This document shows, piece after piece, positions 1-10,900 of a DNA stretch of 50,030 nucleotides. Position numbers and translations under genes: made by a program. The notes under the pieces were generated by a model that searched no databases, was not told the DNA's origin, and was given only the letters and a program-made list of their open reading frames with translations. The stretch's first letter is position 1, and the number at the start of each line of letters is the position of its first letter. The DNA lies in contig NIVC01004333.1 of the NCBI GenBank assembly GCA_002269645.1, positions 1 to 50,030 on the forward strand. The letters are read 5' to 3'. Origin of the DNA: Macrostomum lignano. Lineage: Eukaryota.

Positions 1-2
1 TG

Positions 3-245
3 CTGAGCGACCCACTGTCGCGCTGCCTGACGCATCCCCGCCACATGCTGCTGTTTCTGCTGCGCTACTTCGGCCGGGCCAAGGCGCAGCCGGAAGATCT
101 GCGCAGGGCCTGCCTCAATGAGTCAACGGCGGCCCGGTTGCTTGAGCAGGCGTCGCTCGCGCTGAGCCCCGGTCTCTGGCGCGGTTCTCGAGCGGAGCGA
201 GTTGCGACGGCTGAAGCAGATCCCGAGCTCAGGTACGAGTCTTAG
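3..245 (+). CDS. 3' end of an unidentified ORF running in from the window start
   Basis: The frame is open from base 3 (LSDPLSRCLTHPRHMLLF...RYES*) and is GC-rich, followed by a T-rich tract. No recognisable domain. Confidence 0.3.
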   Translation: MSDPLSRCLTHPRHMLLFLLRYFGRAKAQPEDLRRACLNESTAARLLEQASLALSPGLWRGSRAERVATAEADPELRYES

Positions 246-350
246 AGCTATTGCTTGGACCTGGCTTTTTTAGCTTGGTTTAATTTTTTCTGCGGCTCGT
301 TGATTTGATTTTACACGCTTGTCTCCTTCCTCCCTCTTTCTGTTGGTGTT

Positions 351-754
351 GGGGTTCGTTTTCCCTTTCTGGGCCGCGTCTGCCGGTCTTTTGTGCCACT
401 TGCTTTTACTCTGCGTTAGTCTTTTGGGGTTTAATACGTCAGTTTGAGGCAGGTATCTGACTCTAACTGGTTTTAAACCCCCCCGCGCCGGCCCGGCCTC
501 GCTTTGGTGGGTTGGTGGGGTGCTGGTGCTCTGCGTGCGTGCAGGGCTTAGGGCAGCCTCCCCCCCGCTCTGTGCTATTTAGTCACGCGTCGCGGCCGCT
601 GAGTCGGCGTAATTTTGGCAAAATATTTTTTTCTCTTTTAAATTACAAAATCAATATATTTCGTCGCTTAAGGGGTTCGTTTTCCCTTTCTGGGCCGCGT
701 CTGCCGGTTTTGTGCCACTTGCTTTTTCTCTGCGTTAGTCTTTTGGGGTTTAAT
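351..754 (+). repeat. About 85-bp direct repeat (351-435 and 672-754) flanking a GC-rich spacer
   Basis: ggggttcgttttccctttctgggccgcgtctgccgg...tgcgttagtcttttggggtttaat occurs twice with only a few differences. Confidence 0.85.
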
Positions 755-1871
755 GGAGAATGATTTTAAATTAGTAATAAATTTTGTTTTAAACATCTAA
801 CAGACCTGAAACTGTTGAAAGTTCGTGCAATACTGAAAATTTAAATGTGGGAATAATTACTCAGAGGAATCAATCAGCCTATGTTTGTTCGAATTTATTT
901 GCTAATATTTTTATTGTAGGTTCGCACTTACTAGTTGCTGGGCTTTCGGTCTCAAATGTGTCAGGAAAATCAGCCATCGATACTGAGTTCGATCGTTTCT
1001 TCGAATACCAGATAAGGTTTGGTTATATAAGAATTTTTTGTGTAATTAATCTGAAAAGGGGAAATTTGGATTTTTGGATGGAAAGTTAATATATACAATA
1101 AAGCTATTTTGTAATGTAAAACTAATTCTAAGCTAGCTAAGCTAGTAACTGTGTATATATACTTCTATACTACTATATGCACTCGTACTCCTATACACTT
1201 GTAGATACACCTATATATTAACTAGCTAAGTTATACTAAACGTTGGTCAAAATAAAAAAGCAGACATTCGGTGACAAGCGGAAAACTCTTAGTTTCCTTT
1301 GATTTATTTGAATTGAGTTGTTGTACTTGATTAGATAATCGTTCATATTTAAATAAACAATTGAATTAGGAATCAGCAATTTACGAGCCTGTTAGTTTTA
1401 TGTTTACTATAAATAAATGAATCAGAGTAAGAGAAAAATATAATTCAGTGATGCACTACAATCGAGGGCCAGTCGCAGTTTGCGATTTTGATACATTCAA
1501 ATTCAAAAGATCGATTACATTAAATACAACTATAACATTTACTCGTACTCCAATGTTAGAAGTATTTCTTTAACTTCTTTCAATAAAACATTAAAAATCA
1601 GGAAAACTTTGTATTCATTTATAATGAGTTTTAATAATGAAAACATACACTAGGATAACGTTTTTCTCAATCAAAAATTCGGCAACGGTTAGTTATAGCG
1701 AGAGCAATTCTGCTGCTGTTTTTAACTTAGACTGGCTTAAACTGTTTAGAACAGTCACTGTATATCGTCTTTCATTAAACAATAAAAACTAAATTTGTTC
1801 CATCGAGGCACTAATGAAAACACGCTCCTTTTGTAATAATTATGTTATTATACTACGTAGTAATTTATTAC

Positions 1872-2220
1872 GGGGGCCGTAGCCTTGTGGTCTAACGCGG
1901 CGTTCTGATGTGCCAGCGGCCCATACTCGATTCCAAGTGCAGTCAGCTTGGCTCTGCTCATGCAAGTAACGGCCTTAAGGGCCAACCTCAAGACACAGTA
2001 AAGTGTACATGCCTAGCGATAAAAATTGTTAAAGCCACTGTACACCCCTGTGTGCGTGTGTGCCTTTACGAATGACTGTATACATATCCGCGCGCTTGCT
2101 TGTGTGCCTGCTTAGGGGAGCCGGCGGAATGGGCAGTAATGCCTCTCGCTGATTGTGTGACAATGTCGCTTAAAGTGCACCAGGGTAAACAGCCCCCTGC
2201 CTCTAACCAAGAAGCTAACT
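1872..2220 (+). mobile_element. Putative tRNA-derived SINE
   Basis: tRNA-like head GGGGCCGTAGCCTTGTGG with an A-box (TAGCCTTGTGG, 1880-1890) and a B-box-like TACTCGATTCC (1924-1934). There is no full cloverleaf. The GC-richer body sits in AT-rich flanks. The 3' limit is approximate. Confidence 0.55.
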
Positions 2221-2510
2221 AGCAGTTTATTAATTTAATATTTGTGTAAAAAGTCTTCAAAGTAAAACAAATTTACAAACGCCTATAAACAGGCGTTATC
2301 TATAATTGTCCCAACAGTTGTCAATAGTAAATTTTTTATGGTTTGAATGTTAAAATCATATATACCGCTCTCACAGAAATTCATCAGATTTTGAACCGCT
2401 AAGAAAAAATGTAAGGATTAAAATATAGCCACTGGTAGCTACAATATAAGCAATTAAACCTATTCAGTCACCACAATAGTCAAATTGATAAACTGCCTCT
2501 GCGTAGATTA

Positions 2511-5500
2511 TTACAACCGCATTTTTTGAAGAAGTTCCGTCACCTGAACCCTGCAGTCATTCGTTGTTTGGTTCCTAGCTGAATTGGCTTGTTGGCGCGA
2601 TTCACGACTGCTTTGAGGAGGCTCATTGACTCGAATCCAAAATTTCTTGCTTGTCTGCACAGACCACCAGGGCAGCTGGCTGATGCCCAGATTAAAAGTG
2701 GCGTTTTGCACCACATAATTAACGATAGGAACCATTGATGCAATGTCGCACTTGTCGGCGAACAGGTCGAGAACAGTGCACAGACACTGGATGAACCGAC
2801 TGCCTCTGTCTGTCATTCGGTAGCTGCTTTCATCCGGCGAAGTCGAGTGAGCGACGATCATGTCAGGAAAGAACGCCAGCTCTGATTTAGGCCATCGACC
2901 AGGGTCTCGACAGTTCTCAAAGATAACCAATTGCTGCTTTCTACTTGTGCGTTTTCCTTTGGAAATTCTCTTTAGAATTTTACTTTCCTTTGCTGATTCG
3001 CCGTCGAAACCAACTACTTCACCGAGACATCCGTGAGACATAAAAGCAACTACGACTGAGCTGCCGTGTCGTGCGTCACTGCAAAACATGTCTAATTCGC
3101 TTTCGATTTCTACTTTGGTGAGATTCGACCTGATGCTCACTGAGTAGCCAAGCCTGAGCAAAGTGTCAGCCATTCGCTGGCAGTCGTACTGACTTCCGAA
3201 CCGAGTAGATAGTTCCTTTTTCTGAAAGACAACGTTGTGAACGATGAGGGCTACAGCCTTGCACTCTTGAGTGTCTAATCCAGGTGCATTCCATTCGCTT
3301 CTGAAAGTCTCTAATCGGAGAGAACCTCTTATTGCTGGTCTCGTCTGCGTGTCGTCACTAACGTCAATTGAAGTCAGATTTGGGTGCGATGAACTCTCTT
3401 CTATATAAAAGTTTTCAAGCCAAGTGATTCTCTTCCTCCAGCCTGGGTTTTCATCATTGACTTTGCAGTGCATTATGCCGTGATGGCAGGAATGGCAGGA
3501 AAAATCTCTACCAACCACAAAGCTGCCATTGAGAGAGATGTTCTTCCTGGGAGATTCCAGCAGGGAGTCCAGAAATTCAATCACGCCGCACCGATTCCTG
3601 CAAACTCTGACAACGCTGAACTTCTCGGGTAGCTCCTCTGGCATCTGAGTGTTCGCGAAATTCTCTTCAGACTCGGACACTTCGCAAAGAATAAGCAAAA
3701 TGCTACTGCTGCACTTTTGAGACGATTGCTGTTTAGAAAGTTCATCGAATATTTCTTGCAAGACGTTGTCGTTGCGATGCGTGCGTACAATTAGATAAAG
3801 GACAACATTTCCTTCAGTTTCTTTTGGAAGCCTGATGGCTGTCTTGATTGAGCTCGAATTGCCATCCGTGTAATCGAAGAGCACTTTGAAGGCTGCATAC
3901 TCCAGAAACATCTGATAGTTTCTGGCCCCATCAAACTGTCCTTCGGTGAGAATCATCACAAACCCTGTTCGATCTGAAATTAAAAAGTGCAAGTACGGCT
4001 GAGCTTTGCTGAGATTATCGAGTTTTATTGACTCATGCAAGCAAAGTTGTTCTTTAATACATGAATCTAATAATGTTTATAACTCAAGCGTATCTTTCTG
4101 AAATACATGTACTTATCAGAAGGTTTTTAGATGAAATAATTCTTCATAGGATAAAAATGTTTGGACATCGCAGAAAAAAACGGAACAGATACCAGTATAA
4201 TTAGAAGTGAGTAGTCTTGCAAAGATGTTGCACATAGCTTTATATGGCTATAACGCATGAATCGGATCTCTACGTCGTAAGAGGTGTTTCTCGATAATTT
4301 AATATGCCACTTACCAATTCTGGCGCTTTTAGGTTCTTTAGATTTCTTCTCTAGACTTTGTTTAGGTTCTTTAGATTTCTTCTGTAGACTTTGTTGCGAA
4401 ACCTCCTGACCGGTAGCTAAAAGCAAAATAGTGCAAATGATTATGCAATAATGATTTCTGCATAGTTGTAACTTTTCAATTTCGACTTTGGCAAAAGTGA
4501 CCAATTTTGACAACAACAAGGAGAGACTGAAGACGACTAGTGAAGTACCTCGACATAAATGTAAACACGGCCAAAGCAGTCAATCACAGATTTGTCATTC
4601 AAGATTGTATTGTTTAAAGGCAACTAGAAGGAACCGTTAGGTCAAAATTTACACCACCAGTGTCGCGCCCTAACACCAAAAAATGTTGGCGGTGGCACAA
4701 GCAGTCTAAGCTACAGAACTACAATGATATTGATCACAAAGAATTTTAAGTCACTTTGACAGTAACAGTGACAGTCATAATTTATCGTGTTGCCGAAGTT
4801 GAAGTCACTTTTGGCAAAGTTCGAATTGAAAAGTATACATGCATTGAGCTAAAAAAAGTGCTCTTACCCTGGATTCCGTCTGTTCCCATGATATAAAAGA
4901 GCTTGCCAGTCTGAATAAACCACTTGGGCACAGATTCATCTAGTCGTTTGTGCTCATTAATTATGGTAATCATAGAGGCCACGTCCTCTGTGTGCCCATA
5001 CTGTCTGAAAGTTTCGCACAGTGTCTGAATAAAAGCGCTGCCCTCTGCTCTTGTCACATCGCTACTAACTGATCGACCGAACACCATGCCGCTGTGTGGA
5101 TGAACCTTGATGGTTGAATCATGCTTGCGAAAATAGGCCTGCAAACCGTCCACAGCATCTTCAATGATCTCATAAGTATTGCTGCTGAAACCATCAGTAA
5201 CAGAGTCTGTCTGCAGTGTTGTGACATCCCACTCGTGCAGAATAAAGAGTCGGGGCTTGGCCTCGAGCTTTTCGCCAATAGCCAAGCTTTTGTACAAATT
5301 CATGACAGTAGAGCTGCTCAGCTGCTGCTGCGTCTGGGACAGCACGACAAGGATGCAGGAGTCACCGTGTTCAGTATCTTCTGAAAAAAGCTCGATCCTT
5401 CTTTTCAAGGCGTCATTGGAGCGGGTTTGCACGTCCGTTACAATGTAGCCAAGATTTTTTAGCATACGCATAACTCTGCTGCGGTCAACTTGCAGAGCAG

Positions 5501-6745
5501 AGTATAGAGAGTCTCCTCGGTCATAGTTGATGATGACCAACGCTCGAGGCTTTTTCGGATTGCGCCGATTCGGATAGATTATTGAGGCATTCTCGCGCAT
5601 CCAATCAGTCGGTTTGTCTTGAGCAGCCTGCTCTGATGCTGCTGGTAAGGCATCAACTTCATCAAGGTTGCTCTTGGGTTCCCTGATAAATTTGAAAATG
5701 TCGCGCAGGAAATCTCCACCGAGCTTTCCTTCTCTATGATACAGAGAAAGGGACTCGTAAGCGAGTGGTAGCTTCAATGCCGTCTCCAGGATAGAAAATA
5801 TACTTTTAGTCTCCCAACTGCACCTGCAGTCATCCAGAAAGCTTCTATAGAAGCCCTGTACGCTTTTAGTTTCCTTAGCCACGACGTAAGCGATAGTTGT
5901 ACACTTGTATTTAAAATTCGCATTCGAAAATTCGTTTGCAAGTTTCGTGTCATCCGGGCTTTCTTCACCAGCGCGACAAAATAATAAACATCTGTTTTGG
6001 CAGTTGGGAAATGTACCCATTGTCATGAAATCTAGGACGTCCTTCATGAAAGCATTGCCAGCTATCACGACTACAATTAGCTGCTGGACCTCGGAATTGT
6101 TCACGAAGTCGGATAGACACGAGCCCAGTTTGCTTTCATACTGCTGTTCCAGGCTCCTCTTTACGTTAAAACTGCACTCTTTTAGAAAGTCGGCGTACTC
6201 ATCTGTCACTGACTCACTGCCAGCGTCGAAGAACAGAGCCAATCTTCGGGAACCTTAAATATCATTATTTGGCAGAGGGTTTTTCATAGTTGGTTATTCA
6301 ACAAGGGATCAGCGGGTTTTCATTGCTATTGTAGCTTAGTTAAGTTCTATAACTCTAGTAGTAAGGGTCGCCGCTCTGAGCAAAGCAGAAATAGCTACAG
6401 GATTCTACTTGAAACTACCAGTCTCAACAGTGTAAAATCTGTACATCGCGTATTTTAGTTCGTTTGCAAGGAAAAATTTTAGCAAAACTTGATTGTAAAA
6501 CTTACATAGTTCATCTTCAAATTTGAAATCATCGGCAGAACTACTTTCAAGAAGAGCTGAAAAGCAATAATAAAGACAACAGTGCGGTAGTGTTAACCTT
6601 CCTTTCGTAAAGTTCAGAAGAATGAGCTTAAAGTTCGACAGGTAAAAACTCTTCTATGGGAATTTAAACTACATTCATCATTCAAAAAAGACCTACTTGA
6701 CGGTCTTAAGCGTATAATTTTTTTCACGTCGGTGACCTCGCTCAT
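2511..6745 (-). CDS. Multi-domain caspase-family protein, about 1016 aa, with four caspase-fold units; join(6745..6697, 6556..6506, 6253..4868, 4416..4315, 3973..2511)
   Basis: ATG at 6745. Donors are gtaggt, gtaagt, gtaaga and gtaagt; acceptors are cttttcag, atttaag, gcttttag and taatttcag. All four introns are phase 1 and the total is 3051 nt (1017 codons) with no internal stop. The last domain has ALIVHN, STRFGSQYD, AFMSHG, IFENCR, DMIVAHST, SSYR and GSRFIQCLC caspase motifs. The two small 5' exons are the least certain part. Confidence 0.8.
2640..3260 (-). other. Catalytically intact-looking caspase (peptidase C14A) domain, unit 4
   Basis: His in SHG (codon 3033-3035) and Cys in ENCRD (codon 2910-2912, the QACRG position). 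The two S1-pocket Arg residues (TRFG and SYR) are retained. Confidence 0.85.
4880..5550 (-). other. Pseudo-caspase domain, unit 2 (dyad lost)
   Basis: PRALVIINY, LKNLGYIV, HGDSCILVVLSQ (in place of SHG), KPRLFILHEWD (in place of QACRG), GSAFIQTLC and PKWFIQTGKLFY. Confidence 0.8.
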
Positions 6746-7939
6746 TAAGACAGGCCGAACGGTGGCGGCTTAGCTGGAAATTTGAAAGTGTAAACGATAA
6801 TTTCGTGGTTGCTTCGCCAAACTTAGCAAGGGAGAGAGGGCTTGCAACGGTTGTATTTAAAATAGCCACACAAATAAAGAGACACTCCAGAATGGGGGCA
6901 AAAGCGTTGCCCGGCCAGATAAATTAACCATAGGCTACAAGACCCCACCAGCAGCAGCAGCAACAGCAGTACAGTGCTGCACTTGGCAGCGGATTCTTTG
7001 GCGGCGGCTGATGCGGCCAGTAAGACCTTGAGTTCATTCGCTACTGATATCATCGGGTGCCCAGTTTAAGCTGCATATTACGCGGGTCTAAAAGGGGGTA
7101 AATCATTTTCCACGTCAATTGAGCCAGTAATTCAAGCCTTAGTGGGGAAAATGTGGCTACGGGATCGAAACAATCTTTTCAAGACAAGATGCTACTATTC
7201 GCGGTAAAACTTGACAGTAGTGTATTTTGGTTGGATCGAAGCAGCAAAGTGCGAACAATTGCTTCAGATTTTGCTTTTATAAAATGAAAAGTTGACGCCT
7301 TTTCACCTCCCCGAAATCACTGGTGCAGGTCTCTTCCTTAAAATGAGAAAGGAGAAGGAAGAGAGGAAAGGGAAGGAGGGAGAGCACGAGGATAGGAGGG
7401 GCGGACAGAAGTGGAGGAAGGAGGAGAGACCATTTCAAGCATTCAGTGAAAATCTCACCCCTGATAGCAACCCTAAATAGTGTAACGGGGAACTGAATTC
7501 ATACCAGTCTCACCAGAGTTAGAATGAGCTCTCAGACAAATCTCAAACTCAAACAAGAGTTTCTGTGACAGAGTTTTGGTATACAATGTTCATTTTAACA
7601 TTGAATAACGTTAGCACTCGATTGCAGCAGGCTCAAAGGTAATTCTTGACAAAAAGACAAAAGCAAAAAAAGGTTGGCATGATCGCAATTTAGTATTTCC
7701 CTTTTTGGTCAAATTACGAGCATACCCCAAACTGTTTCTTTACTTACGAGCGTATGTCTTTTTGTCACAAATTACTTTTGAGCCTTCATCTCCATGTCTC
7801 CTCATATTCCTTGTCTCCCCATTTCCCCTACCACCGTTATCCGCAGCTCCCGATGCACAGACCGCAAAATAACTTTAAAAGCGAACTAAAAAGAAGAGAG
7901 AGAGGGAAAGAGACAAGGACAAAGAGAGGAGAGAGGGGA

Positions 7940-7945
<6 letters not shown>

Positions 7946-8024
<79 letters not shown>
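7946..8024 (+). repeat. (GA)n microsatellite, about 40 units
   Basis: Directly visible. Confidence 0.97.
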
Positions 8025-8035
<11 letters not shown>

Positions 8036-9386
8036 TTTGCATTTGAACAACCAACTGAATGACAAATTAACGCATAAAACAATTTAAATCTAACAATTAT
8101 ATTGTAACAAATGAAATGTGCTGCTTCGAACCTGTTATAGTAGGCCTAGTGTAATCTTTCACACTACTATAAATTATAAAGAAAGTAAAATAAGCAAATA
8201 TGCAACATTAAATTTTGTTCACAAGAATATAAAAATTTGATTCCAAATGGCATCGCCCTTTATTGGCGCACTGAAAGAGGGTCCTCTGAAAGATTTCTGT
8301 GTATCGCGCTAAGCCGTATCTTGAAAACTGTACTCTACCCGTATTTTTGCCGGCGCAACCTTTAACATTTAAAGGAAGTACCCCTGCCATGGGTACAGTG
8401 CTTCTCTGAATGGGTCATTGCTCCCCAGTAGTACATCGCACAAACATGTCATTGGTGATCGATTACTCAACGCAATCAAACTCAGTACCGATTTGAGCTT
8501 TAGCTTTGTAATTCGTATATCGCTTTTCTTGCACCCCTGCCTAAATTGAAATACAAATAATTTGAAAATTACAAAAAAGTACTCGAAAAGTGCTCGTTTT
8601 GCTACTTTTGAGCAAAAGTACTTTTTGGTTTCCAAAAATGCTAAGTCTTGAGTTCCCGGCAATCTTCCTCATGCTTGTTGCCAACAATAATTCAGCAACT
8701 TTCGACCCTTCTAACCTCGTGGACGGCGTTAAACAATAGAGGGGCGAGTTTCAATGCTGCTAAGGATATCATAACAGACTCTTTTCTTTAAAATAAACTT
8801 GTTTTAGTTATTTAAAATGAAAACAAAATAGACACAGCAGACAGGCAGTAAAAACTTACTTGGCACGTTAGAGTGAATTATTAAAAATTCAAGAGCTGTT
8901 GACTAATTTTGTGTCTGCGACACTGTGAAGCTTTGACCAACAGCTTACATTTAAACTCGTAAGTTTGTTTATGGCCTCTTGCAAATGCATCCGTGCAAAG
9001 TATACACTGCTGCCCCTAGCTCTACCTAGCTGTTGCAGATAAATGGCTCGTATGAACTGCACTACCAGCTAGCCACCTAAATAGTCAAACGTGAGGGTAG
9101 AATGAACGCATTGATATTTTTGGACCGGAAACCCAACCCATCACACGATAAGAATCTCACTTCAGCTTAGCAAAATACAGGGAGGTCCAGAAAGGTCTCC
9201 CGGACTAGAAGCAGAGTTTTCTCTGCACTGGATTGATGGATTGGGCTGAAACTTGACCTGCTTAAACTTTATTCTGAAAATATTTCTTGTCTAAAAATCT
9301 TAGCAATTGCTAAAAAAATCATGAAGTTACAGCAGTTTTTTGTTAAATCAGTAGGGTTTTAGCACAATCTGCTATGCAACTGTTAG

Positions 9387-9887
9387 TCAGTGCTCCACAT
9401 GATGACCTTTGTTGTCGATACAAGTCTGCAGGCGCTTCTTAAAGCTATTAAGGCTGTTGACACCAAAATCCACTGGCATATCATGCATTAGCTGCGTTTT
9501 CCGTGCCTTAGCTCATCCAGGCTGTCCACTGGCTGTCGGTAGACGTTGTCCTTCACCCATCCCCAGACAAAGAAGTCCTTAGGGTTGAGATCAGGACTGG
9601 GTGCAAGCCAATGAATTGTCTCATAGCGTCCGATTTCGCGCTCCTCAAAGTTGTGCTGAATCCATTCACGCACATTAAGCTCGATGTGGGCTGGAGCACC
9701 ATCCTGCATCAGCCACAAGTCACCAGCAAAAAATGCCTCGTAATTCTGAACCACAGGCAGAAACTTTGTATCCAGCATTTCCACGTACCGCTCAGAATCC
9801 AACGTAACAGTTGCACCCTGCGCATCCTCACAGAAGAAAGGTCCAACAATGCCGCGGGACCAAATTCCAGCCCAGCATGAGACGCGT
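9387..9887 (-). pseudogene. C-terminal half of the DD41D transposase
   Basis: WAGIWSRGIVGPFF, QDGAPAH and WLAPSPDLNPKDFFVWG are present. A frameshift near 9495 precedes the true C-terminus DMPVDFG...FKKRLQTCIDNKGHHVEH*. Confidence 0.88.
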
Positions 9888-10173
9888 TGTACTATAGAAA
9901 TGAAAAGACCGATGGTCCGCCAATAACTATTTTGGAGCTGAGGCTCAAGCGAGACGCTAACAAAACGAAAAGCGTAAACCGTACACAGGGCTAATAAGCC
10001 CTCTCGATGATATATTTATTGCAGTCAGTCAGAATCAGCCAGCGTGGAGGGGGGTGGGTGAGATGGGCCTGGGCTAAATCAGCGTACATAGAAAATTGAA
10101 TAATAAACACGTACATTAAATCACGCAGTGGAATTGGAAAGAAAATCAATGCTACTAATCTACCTCCCAAACA
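9888..10173 (-). repeat. 3' LTR of the BEL/Pao element
   Basis: Reads identical to 16347-16632. Confidence 0.97.
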
Positions 10174-10186
10174 TACCCCCCACCTT
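10174..10186 (-). other. Polypurine tract
   Basis: AAGGTGGGGGGTA immediately precedes the 3' LTR on the minus strand. Confidence 0.85.
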
Positions 10187-10900
10187 GGCATAACAATGAC
10201 AAAAACTATTCGAGGGATGAAACAATGAAAACGAATACGGTAATAGGAAAATATTCGAAAACGATGCGTGATACAAAATCGAACTCAAAAAGCAAAAAAG
10301 CAACGTTGCATGAAACATTGATGGCGAAATTGTGAATGGTAGAAAATTAGAGCAAAAGGTGAAGATAAGTACGCAGATCGTAGATGACAATCGAAAATTT
10401 TGCAGAAGTACGTCAGCTATCATATAAAATTTCAAAATTGAACACGAACGCAGACTTCCGCCACCAAACGCAACTGAAACAAAAACTGAAACAAAAATTG
10501 TAAGCATTGGGCTATCAAAAGGTCGGAACTGGCGCATAAACTATGGTACTTCTAAGCGCAGAAAATCAAGCAATATTAAGTAGAGCTCAAATAATGCAAA
10601 CATCGCTCGTAAAAAACTCAAAAAACGCAAAAGACAAACTTGCCGACAAATTCACTAAACCGTAACGACTGCTATTCAGCAAAAATTCACGCAGGAAAAT
10701 AAATAGCTAAATAATGAATGTTAATCGCGTTGAACACTGAAAGCGAAAATTGGGTTAAGACGGCAAAAACAGGGTGATTCCTATTAGCATGAAAGGGAAA
10801 GAAGACTTTACGAACAATGCAACAAACAGGAAAATTGAACAACTCATCAGAAAAATTGCGAAACCTGACAAAGTCTAATTCTCTAGCAAAGGTTCGCAAA

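Noticed and set aside
1872-1945. tRNA gene
   Set aside because: A and B boxes are present, but acceptor and anticodon stems do not pair and the sequence continues into a SINE-like body.
2511-4040. The 509-aa ORF as a stand-alone gene starting at 4040
   Set aside because: The start is TTG, and a strong acceptor (tttttaatttcag) at 3974 is in phase with upstream exons. It is better explained as the last exon of the fused gene.
4127-4519. 130-aa ORF as an independent gene
   Set aside because: Only the 102-nt central part is bounded by splice sites; the rest is intron read-through.
7481-7840. Possible solo LTR starting TGTAACGG
   Set aside because: No matching CA end or TSD was found.
8359-8380. 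cctTTAA / TTAAagg Kolobok-like termini
   Set aside because: No partner terminus was found within the window.
10160-10899. env-like ORFs in the BEL 3' region
   Set aside because: They are short and hydrophobic only because the strand is T-rich. There are no envelope motifs.
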